Assembly (NCBI GenBank): GCA_964057225.1
Contig: OZ059897.1
Location: 18,042,001 to 18,106,000 of the forward strand
Source of the DNA: Auanema rhodensis
Taxonomy: Eukaryota; Animalia; Nematoda
Direction of reading: 5' to 3'
DNA length: 64,000 nt
The translations under genes were made by a program, and so were the position numbers. The notes beneath the pieces are model-generated. The model had not been told where the DNA came from and made no database searches. It worked only from the letters and a program-made list of their open reading frames with translations. How positions within the stretch are numbered: the first letter of the stretch is position 1; every line of letters starts with the position of its first letter. Shown piece after piece: positions 12,422 through 21,498 of this stretch.

Positions 12422-12886
12422 TTATTCAACAGTTATACAAGACCACATTACGATTTTCGAAGGTTTAAAAGGTAGTTCAGCGCCGTTTTGTTCGATGCGC
12501 GGCTCGTGTTGTGAATATTCTCGGTTACTATTGCAGCGGCATCGTTTTGGTTCGGTTGACTGTACAAACTCCTCAGTTTTTTCAGAGGGTTCGCTGGTAT
12601 CATTTCCATCACCATCTTTACCATTCGTTCCATTACTATTATGAAGACGCCGAATATGACGCTGACAATTGAATCTTGTTCCAAAAGTTTCACTACAATA
12701 AGGGCACAAACGTCTACGAACACCATCCAAATGTCCATATTTTTGAATAAAGTCAGCATTGCTGATATAGCTGTTACATACGGGTTGAATCCCGTCATGT
12801 CTTTTTAATACGTGATCACTAAAATGCTTGGCTGATGAAAATATTTCCTTGCACGTAACACAATACTTGTTACATAAAAGTTCCAT
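12422..12886 (-). CDS. C2H2 zinc-finger protein (two fingers)
   Basis: CVTC-x12-HVLKRH and CPYC-x12-HIRRLH; first ATG at 12886 (track ORF starts at GTG 12910). Confidence 0.75.
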   Translation of the reverse strand: MELLCNKYCVTCKEIFSSAKHFSDHVLKRHDGIQPVCNSYISNADFIQKYGHLDGVRRRLCPYCSETFGTRFNCQRHIRRLHNSNGTNGKDGDGNDTSEPSEKTEEFVQSTEPKRCRCNSNREYSQHEPRIEQNGAELPFKPSKIVMWSCITVE

Positions 12887-13144
12887 TAGAGGAAAATAAA
12901 AAACAACCACACACAGTCAACTCACTTTTATATAATGAGTGGAATAATGACTAGTGTTGTACAAAAGCCTAGTCCCAGAGATATTCCTTTAATGAATGGC
13001 ACTGAAATACGTTTCAAAATCTTTTTGTACAGGGGTGTTGGCACAGATTGTTCCAACGTGTATCTTATACATAATTCACAGTGACAGGGAATATTCATAA
13101 CTGACCACCTAATGTAGCAGGTGACGTTTTAATGGCGAGGTTGA

Positions 13145-13600
13145 TCATATGCTAGATAATTTATAGTCGAATACTTTATGCATAAACGCTTTAATAAAGA
13201 CATCATCGTTTTGTAATAGTTTAAAAAATGAACAAATGCTTTCAAATGTATTACCAGCTGACAACATTAGTATTACAAATATTGCATAACCACCACAAGT
13301 GTATTCAATTATGCGTTGTGGTTTGCAAGTATTAACCTTTACATTTTTATATTTGGCCAGATAATGACGAATGTACTTGTTCATTTTATACCCCAAGCTA
13401 CAGAAAAAGTAGGCTTGATCATTACGTACAAAGATGACTTGCCAATGTGTGCCCGGTTTATCGTGTGTGTCAGTATTTACAACAAGTGCAAAGTTCTTTC
13501 GACGTGTTTTGGGTAGAGTATCCGCGCTAAATACACCGAGGAATAGTTTTCGAGTGATGCGGACAGATCGCAATAGTGACGCTATTTCAGACGAATACAT
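13145..13600 (-). CDS. Adenain-like cysteine (maturation) protease
   Basis: VVNTD...PGTHW (His), PQ...TCGGY (Gln/Cys); 151 aa. Confidence 0.92.
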   Translation of the reverse strand: MYSSEIASLLRSVRITRKLFLGVFSADTLPKTRRKNFALVVNTDTHDKPGTHWQVIFVRNDQAYFFCSLGYKMNKYIRHYLAKYKNVKVNTCKPQRIIEYTCGGYAIFVILMLSAGNTFESICSFFKLLQNDDVFIKAFMHKVFDYKLSSI

Positions 13601-13650
13601 TTAGTAAAATGATCTAGTGTAACTTTTGTATTGCGCACGTGCGGTTCAAT

Positions 13651-14103
13651 ATGCCACACCTCCTTCTAGACTTGAACTCAATTCAATGGACAACACTTTT
13701 GAATCAACAAATGGGTGGGGCGCCATTTAGTGGAATGATGTTTCAACGTGGTATGCAGAGAGGTCATGGCCTGGGTGGTATACTGGCAACATTGGCATCG
13801 TTTTTACCACGCATTATTCAATCACCTATAGCCCAAAATCTCATCAATGCTGGAAGGAATGCATTATCCAGTGCTGTAAGCAATAGTCCAGTTGTAAATT
13901 CACCTCTTGGCGGCCAGTTGCTAAAAACTAGCAATGAAATTGTTGATGGGGTGCTCAAGGGCGATAATATCAAGCAAACTCTTAAAACAGCCGGCCGGCA
14001 GGCTATACGAGATCTTACCGGTTTGGGCAAGCGGCGACGACGCAAAACCACAAAACCTCATAAGCGTCTGTGCATAACTCGTGAGCGGTCGTATCGTATT
14101 TAA
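13651..14103 (+). CDS. Putative virion core/membrane-active precursor protein with GxG motifs and basic tail
   Basis: ATG 13651; QRGHGLGGIL and LTGLGKRRRRK motifs; stop abuts the major capsid ATG. Confidence 0.75.
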   Translation: MPHLLLDLNSIQWTTLLNQQMGGAPFSGMMFQRGMQRGHGLGGILATLASFLPRIIQSPIAQNLINAGRNALSSAVSNSPVVNSPLGGQLLKTSNEIVDGVLKGDNIKQTLKTAGRQAIRDLTGLGKRRRRKTTKPHKRLCITRERSYRI

Positions 14104-15438
14104 ATGGCTAAATTGATAGATTCAAAATCAGCACAAGCACTTTTACCTAATATTAATTATAGTGACATACCGGCGTCGGCATTAGGTGTTGAATCCACTC
14201 GTACTGTACAAGTTCCTTTAAAAAATACTTTTCTTCCTCAAGGACCATGGGAATTTGTTATAGCCCAAAATTCCAAATCATTTCTTAATCTGAGAAGGTG
14301 TTGGTTGAATGTAAAATTCAAAATTGTAACCACAAACGGTGATCCAGTACCAGACAACCTTGTTTTTGCACCATGCCAACAATTTGCAGCCAGTTTGATA
14401 CACTCGTATCATTTAAAAATTGGTGATGTTAGCGTGTATGACTCTACCGTAAATCATGCCTACAAAACATATATTGAGAATATTCTAATGTATAGCAACG
14501 ATGTTAAAGAGAGCAAACTTGCCATATCAGGCTATTATGCGGATAGATATATAGATAATGCAGCCAGTCCTGGCTTTAGAGCGCGACAAGGGCTTGTTAA
14601 AAATGGCATATTGTGTGAGATGGCTGCTCCCATCAGTATCGACTTATTCAATCAGGAACGACTGTTTGTAAACTATTCAAAAATGGAGCTAACTGCATAT
14701 CCAAACCGTGATAATTTCTTAATTGACACACTTGGATGGAATAATGAAAGCAAGGATGCTGCAATGAAGGAGGAGTTTCCAAACCTGAAAATAGATATCA
14801 ACGATGTGCACTTGCTTATTCAAGAGTTTGATCTAAACGCTGGATTAGCTATGGCTATAGAAGATAAACTTGTAAAGGAACGAATACACTACCCCATGAC
14901 GTCAGTGAAAATGCGCTCTTATTTCATAGAAGGAGGCCGTTTGGATTCACCCAATAACATATTATTCACGTCGCATACACCGAAACGTGTTGTAGTAGGT
15001 CTTGTCGGCGCACACGCCTATAATGGTACTTTTAAACATTCGCCATTCAACTTTAAACCGTTTGAATTGAAAAATATATACTTGACGCTCAACAATCGGG
15101 TAATACCTACCCGCCCTTATAATTTAGAATGGCGTTCTTCCTATGCCACAGCATATATTGACATGTTGGAGGGTTTGGGTCTTGGTCGTACAGATTCATC
15201 CAATGGTATTACACCAGCAATGTATAAAACCGGCTTCACATTTTTTGTATTTGATATTTCACCGACTGTACACTCGTCCGAGTTATTTGATGTTATACGA
15301 CAAGGTAATGTGGCCCTGAAATTGGAATTTGGTCAACAAACGCCGCAAGAGGGTTTATATGCTATTGTTTATGCAGAATATGACTCTATTCTTTCAATTG
15401 ACAACAATCGTGCTCCATATATTGATACCAGTTTGTAA
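14104..15438 (+). CDS. Major capsid protein (double jelly roll)
   Basis: 444 aa beta-rich ORF; GPWEF, SPFNFKPF, GFTFFVFDISP and IVYAEY motifs typical of Polinton MCP. Confidence 0.93.
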   Translation: MAKLIDSKSAQALLPNINYSDIPASALGVESTRTVQVPLKNTFLPQGPWEFVIAQNSKSFLNLRRCWLNVKFKIVTTNGDPVPDNLVFAPCQQFAASLIHSYHLKIGDVSVYDSTVNHAYKTYIENILMYSNDVKESKLAISGYYADRYIDNAASPGFRARQGLVKNGILCEMAAPISIDLFNQERLFVNYSKMELTAYPNRDNFLIDTLGWNNESKDAAMKEEFPNLKIDINDVHLLIQEFDLNAGLAMAIEDKLVKERIHYPMTSVKMRSYFIEGGRLDSPNNILFTSHTPKRVVVGLVGAHAYNGTFKHSPFNFKPFELKNIYLTLNNRVIPTRPYNLEWRSSYATAYIDMLEGLGLGRTDSSNGITPAMYKTGFTFFVFDISPTVHSSELFDVIRQGNVALKLEFGQQTPQEGLYAIVYAEYDSILSIDNNRAPYIDTSL

Positions 15439-15576
15439 TGTATGTAATAAACTCTTTAAAACATTTGATGAGAAGAATAAAATTTATTAATACAACTATA
15501 CATAAAAATCTATAAATACAACCATATACAAATATACACGCGATAATAAAATTTATAAATTCAAATATATTAAAAA

Positions 15577-15621
15577 TTATTCACAATAACCATAGGGTAA
15601 AGTACTAAAATCGTCTAGATA
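15577..15621 (-). pseudogene. 14-codon C-terminal remnant of pPolB (YLDDFSTLPYGYCE*)
   Basis: Manual minus-strand translation; TxPYGY is the characteristic C-terminus of protein-primed PolB; convergent on the MCP; cut by the internal TIR copy. Confidence 0.8.
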
Positions 15622-15763
15622 CATGCCGAATTTACTAACCACGCCCCCAAACAGTTGCTAAAAACATACTTTTGAGGGCGTCAGCTGTCAAAATCATACT
15701 TTTGGGGGCGTCTACTGTCAAAATCATATTTTCGGCGTCAGCTGTCAAAAATATACTTTTCAT
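15622..15763 (+). repeat. Internal TIR copy (left-end orientation) lacking the terminal AGTAGAGAGC
   Basis: CATGCCGAATTTACTAACCACGCCCCC... matches the TIR from nt 11 onward, including subrepeats. Confidence 0.95.
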
Positions 15764-15902
15764 AAAGAAATATTTTTAATATTTTTGAATTTTTATTATA
15801 GAATACGTGAAAGTTCACGTGAAAATCATTTTTTATTGTTCAATCTCACACGTTTGTTAATCGGTTGTTCCCGATGATTAATAATAAATAATTCTAATTT
15901 TA

Positions 15903-16297
15903 CATTCATCGGGCACAACGTGACCACAGCCTGAACTTCTTTGTGAACAAACCTTGTGGATGGTCTCGGTATAAACCGTATTTACGGAAAAATCAGAAGT
16001 CATAGCCAAATCTCACTAGGAATTTCAGATTCTACACATCTGAATACTCAACCTCAAACTATTTTTATTTGATTTTAGTAAATGATTTTTGAGAAAATCG
16101 TTCATTCATCGGGCACAACGTGACTACAGCCTGAACTTTTTTGTGAACAAACCTTGTGGATGGTCTCGGTATAAACCCTATTTCCGGAAAAAGCAGAAGT
16201 CCTAGCCAAATCTTCCTAGGAATTTCAGATTCTACACATCTGAATACCCAACCTCAAACTATTTTTATTTGATTTTAGTTGATGATTTCTGAGAAAA
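15903..16297. repeat. 200-bp direct tandem duplication (2 slightly diverged copies)
   Basis: CATTCATCGGGCACAACGTGA at 15903 and 16103, alignable for about 195 bp. Confidence 0.92.
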
Positions 16298-16611
16298 ACT
16301 CGAAGCTTTATATTATTCTTGATTTCATATTTTTCTGTATGGCTAGTGACAGCTATAATTCGGTATTTAAATTGTTTATTACATATAATAGAATAAGTTC
16401 TAAGTTGACTGTTATTTATCGTTAATTCATCATTTCCGTCTTACATTACAAAGCAATTTCCAGGTTGTTTGACAGCTTATTGTCAATATCGGAGTTTGGG
16501 TGTAGGATTAAACCAACGTCAAAAACACAACTACAGTAAATCAGCTAGAAGAATATAATTATAATTCCATAAAAATAATATAAATAATGCATGAGTAAAT
16601 AACTAAATAAC

Positions 16612-18281
16612 TTAAATTGGATGAACAGTACTATGAGTTGTTGTTAGTGTAGATGATTTCTGAAATTTAAAATAATTTAGATGAATCTGTCGACAAACGC
16701 CAAACCTTTGATATAAATGATATTTTCAGAACCGTAGAAAATGATGATTTCAGAACAAATTGTTCCTTGACACCCACTAGATTAAGAAAATCTAAATGGA
16801 ATCTGCTTGTTATTTGAAAATATATTCAGAATACCTTGAATGAATTGAGTTAATAAAGTATTATTAAGAACTATAATCCCTATTGTATTAGCTATTCCAT
16901 GCAATTGCGTACATGTAATCAATAAATGGGAAATTTCTGAAATTTATTTAAATATTTCACTTAAAGTACATTGTGAAACCTAGAGGTACTGGTATATCGA
17001 AATACAAAATGATATAGAATATTACAATTGGACCAGCTACAAAGCTACTTGGAACAAAAGCCTTAAATTAATTATAAATATTACGTCTATGTATAAGAGA
17101 ATGCGGTGTTTTATGTTTCAGAATAGAAAAGAACACATTACGAACCCATACAATGTTATTCTATACTTTTAGGCTATTTTATTGTTCGTTAAGGGATCAT
17201 TTAATTTTCATTTGTGCTTTGAATACAATTTTAATTTTTTTTTCTCAGTTGCTGAAAAGTTTATAGAGTTTATCGAATATAATTTGCTCTGTTTTGAATA
17301 TATCACACTATCTGTCTTTTCTAGTATATTCATTCAGATTGTAATCGCAATTTTTGTTTTGCACCTCAAACATCTTTTTGGTTACAATAATATGATTAAA
17401 TTGTCATAAAATAACCTGGAACTGAAGAGCTCGAAGTAGCTTTCGATGAAGCAATAATGTCTTCTGAGACATTGATAACTTTTGTTTATCCAAATTACTT
17501 ATAATTAAGTGTTTTAGAACGAATAAAGATATTATGAAAAGTACAGAAATTATAAAAAATAAAATGAGATCCATTCGAAGAAAAAATTCATTGTGATATC
17601 TTCCTATATTAGCTGCGTTTGGAATGTTCAGAAGTGTAGAATAAGCTGGACATGACTAGAAGAGAAGATTTCGAACAGTTTTTCTCAAAACATACTTTAA
17701 CCAAACTGTCTAAACTGGATAAATCATGCGGAATAAAAATCATAACGATTAATAATGGAACAACAGATGTCAGGCTTATTACTATAACTCCCAAACGAAA
17801 TATCCAAGATCTACTATCGTAGTTTCCTGCTCGAACTATCCAATATCGATAGAAAAACAACATGATACAGATAGCATATCCAGCAAAATGAAGAAAAATA
17901 TTAATATATGTTTGATATAAAAGTGGAAGGGATAGATAATTCCAAAAACCTATGCTATATCCAGACAACAGTGGCAGATAATATACTGGAGCCTAAATCT
18001 AATTCATATTTCTTGACTATTTTACTTATTATTACCCCAAATAATGAAACGACTATTCCGGATATCATACAAGATATATGATAAACATAAATATATTTAA
18101 TAAAGGATCCATATTCATCTGTTAATATGTTAATCATCAGACGTGAACAGTAAATTCCAAATATCAAAGTGCTCGCACCTATACCGTATGAGCAAACAAT
18201 GAACCAGCCTTTAGCTTCAGGAACTGTGCTATCTGGACAATAGACAAGGTTGTAAGCTGAGCCGTTGATAGCGGTCTGCAT
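16612..18281 (-). CDS. Nematode serpentine 7TM chemoreceptor (Srh-like, Str superfamily), 7 exons, predicted 366 aa; Maverick cargo
   Basis: Exons 18281-18036, 17992-17696, 17655-17416, 17061-16980, 16936-16835, 16791-16706 and 16659-16612 splice GT-AG into a stop-free 1101-nt CDS; motifs PVYYLPLLSGYSIG, MLFFYRY, MSQKTLLLHRKLLRALQFQ, QLHG; last two exons less certain. Confidence 0.85.
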
Positions 18282-19158
18282 TCAATGTACGTTTCAAACA
18301 AAATGTTGGAAACAGATTTAAGAAAAATTACAAAATTGGATTACTGGTTTGTATCTTCATGCTCTTCTAATTATTATCGTAAGCTGGATGCACTTAAGAT
18401 ATATTTAATTATTTGTATTATGAGATTTATGCAGATAGCCGTCAAGTACAAAATAGAAAATTAGGTGCTGGAACAGAAATAATCAAAACTTTTATGAGTT
18501 ACATAATACTAGACAATAAAAAAACCAAAACAAGATTAAATTGGCCGAACAAGTTTTCTTTAGATAAGGTGCTCACATATAGTTGGTATTAGAAAAATGG
18601 ATATGAGAGAAGACACACTAAAACAGAAAAGATTCAGCTGAGTTGAAACACTAACTATGATTGTGTAGCATAGATTATAATAACTAGTATTATGGTTACT
18701 TTCTTTGCATTTAATAATATGGCTGCAAAAGGTGGAAAGAATCTTAGACAAGAGATAAAAGGATATAAAAGAAAGATAAAGAGAAATAGAGAAAGATGAT
18801 TCGTAAAAGAGAGAGAACGAGTGAGAGAGACAAAGAGATAAAGGATAATACAGAAAGGGGGAAATCGTTGTTTTAATATTCATAGGCTTTATACTCTTCG
18901 GTACTGTCACAGCCCAGGTCTGATAAGATCTTCTACAAGCTTTTCCTTTATTTTCAGGTAATTTAGACTGAAGACTCAGCACATACTAGTAGACCTCTTG
19001 AGCATAAAGGAATAGATTTGATACAATCAGTAACTGATAAACAGATGAAATGTCTAAACGATGATGAGGTCAGAAGTAGTCTTATCCGGTAATTTTAAAA
19101 ACACATTTAAAAAGAAATAATTTTAAAAATATTTAGAAAATATATAAATTTTTAAAAT

Positions 19159-19328
19159 ATCATGCATTTTGATCCATGCGCAGGCTCGAGAGCCTGCCTC
19201 TTGATGAAAAGTATATTTTTGACAGCTGACGCCCCCAAAAGTATGATTTTGACAGCTGACGCCCTCAAAAGTATGTTTTTAGCAACTGTTTGGGGGCGTG
19301 GTTAGTAAATTCGGCATGGCTCTCTACT
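19159..19328 (-). repeat. Right TIR of Maverick A
   Basis: Inverted match to 6120-6316 with one fewer subrepeat; ends CTCTCTACT. Confidence 0.93.
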
Positions 19329-20586
19329 TATGTTGAGTTTCCATGTACACTCAACATTGCTTCCAAAAACATTTTGACAAAAATTTTTTCGAAAAATTTC
19401 AAAATAATTTAGCAAAAAGTAGATGTTTTTAGATTCCATTTTTCAAGGCAAAGACGATGGACAATGTTATTCAACGAAAAAATTAATTCTTCAGGGTGAA
19501 AATTGAGGATATAAGTGTGAACTTATATCAGTTGATATCTCGGTGCATTTTTAAGCTAGCGCAAATCTGATAACACAGATCGACGCAGCTTAAAAATCCG
19601 CATCGAATGCACTATACTACATTGAGAAACGCTTAATACAAAAATTAGTTATAATCGTTTGAAAAATGATGCATTAGTGTATGTTGAGTTTCCATGTACA
19701 CTCAACATTGCTTCCAAAAACATTTTGACAAAAATTTTTTCGAAAAATTTCAAAATAGTTTAGCAAAAAGTAGATGTTTTTAGATTCCATTTTTCAAGGC
19801 AAAGACGATGGACAATGTTATTCAACGAAAAAATTAATTCTTCAGGGTGAAAATTGAGGATATAAGTGCGAACTTATATCAGTTGATATCTCGGTGCATT
19901 TTTAAGCTAGCGCAAATCTGATAACACAGATCGACGCAGCTTAAAAATCCGCATCGAATGCACTATACTACATTGAGAAACGCTTAATACAAAAATTAGT
20001 TATAATCGTTTGAAAAATGATGCATTAGTGTATGTTGAGTTTCCATGTACACTCAACATTGCTTCCAAAAACATTTTGACAAAAATTTTTTCGAAAAATT
20101 TCAAAATAGTTTAGCAAAAAGTAGATGTTTTTAGATTCCATTTTTCAAGGCAAAGACGATGGACAATGTTATTCAACGAAAAAATTAATTCTTCAGGGTG
20201 AAAATTGAGGATATAAGTGCGAACTTATATCAGTTGATATCTCGGTGCATTTTTAAGCTAGCGCAAATCTGATAACACAGATCGACGCAGCTTAAAAATC
20301 CGCATCGAATGCACTATACTACATTGAGAAACACTTGATACAAAAATTAGTTATGATCGTTTGAAAAATGATGCATTAGTGTATGTTGAGTTTCCATGTA
20401 CACTCAACATTGCTTCCAAAAACATTTTGACAAAAATTTTTTCGAAAAATTTCAAAATAATTTAGCAAAAAGTAGATGTTTTTAGATTCCATTTTTCAAG
20501 GCGAAGACGATGGACAATGTTATTCAACGAAAAAATTAATTCTTCAGGGTGAAAATCGAGGATATAAGTGTGAACTTATATCAGTT
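19329..20586. repeat. 351-bp satellite, block 2 (about 3.6 monomers)
   Basis: Same monomer, resumes in register after the TSD. Confidence 0.99.
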
Positions 20587-21498
20587 AGTAGAGAGCCGTG
20601 CAAAATTTACTAACCACGCCCCCAAACAGCTGTCAAAAACATACTTTTGGGGGCGTCAGCTGCTAAAAACATACTTTTGGGGCGCGTCAGCTGTCAAAAA
20701 CATATTTTTGAGCGTCAGCTGTTAAAATCATATTTTGGGATCATGGTTCATGGATTTTCCTTTTTTAACTTTAAAAATCATGATTTAAAGCATGATTTTT
20801 TTTTTTTTTAAATCTAATTTTAAATTTGTTTATTCAAATGTATGTATATAGTTTTTAATTATTTTTAAATATATTAAGTGAAAATAAAAATTATAAATTT
20901 TAAATATTTAAATATTTAAATATGTAAATTTGTTTTTTAAATTTTATTTATTTATTAAATTTATTAATAATGTTTGTTTACTTATTTTGTTTATTTTTTA
21001 TTGTATTGTGTTTGTATTGTTTTTATTTTAAAGAACAGTAAAATTTTTTCATGTATATCGTTTTGTTCACCGTACTTGTTACGGGTAGTTCAATGGAACA
21101 CATATCGAAGGTTAATTCGATAAGAACGATATGAAATACAAAATTCAATGGAACACATATCGAAGGTTAATTCGATAAGAACGATATGAAATACCAAAAT
21201 TTAATGGAACACATATCGAAAGTTAATTCGATAAGAACGACATTAAATTATTAATTTTTGAAATTACAAATTGTTATTAATTATATTTATTCTAACAAGT
21301 AAAGGTTTCAAATTATAATAAAAGATTAGTTTTAAACTTTATTTTACTAATATAACAATACAATAACTAAATAGAGCACACATTGAAGGTAAATACAATA
21401 AGATTAACAAACAGTTGCGCTGACCTCAATGAAACGCATAAAGTTAATTTAATAAGAACTAATAACAAAAATTAATCCGACGGGGACAATAAAAACAG
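20587..21498 (+). repeat. Left TIR of Maverick B (912 bp)
   Basis: Near-perfect reverse complement of 25594-26505 (I noticed three substitutions); three 55-56 bp hairpin repeats at 21092-21240. Confidence 0.95.

Larger units (their letters stand above)
6120..19328. mobile_element. Maverick/Polinton element A (13.2 kb; pPolB-less, cargo-bearing chimera)
   Basis: Inverted termini AGTAGAGAGCCATGCC...GGCATGGCTCTCTACT; 6-bp TSD TATGTT (6114-6119, 19329-19334); integrase, ATPase, protease and capsid genes inside. Confidence 0.97.

Noticed and set aside
17182-17409. 75-aa plus-strand ORF
   Set aside because: Falls inside GPCR intron 3; AT-rich, non-ATG start
18560-18982. 140-aa minus-strand ORF
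   Set aside because: Translation of a GA/TC-rich low-complexity tract upstream of the GPCR with a non-ATG start; probably promoter or intergenic
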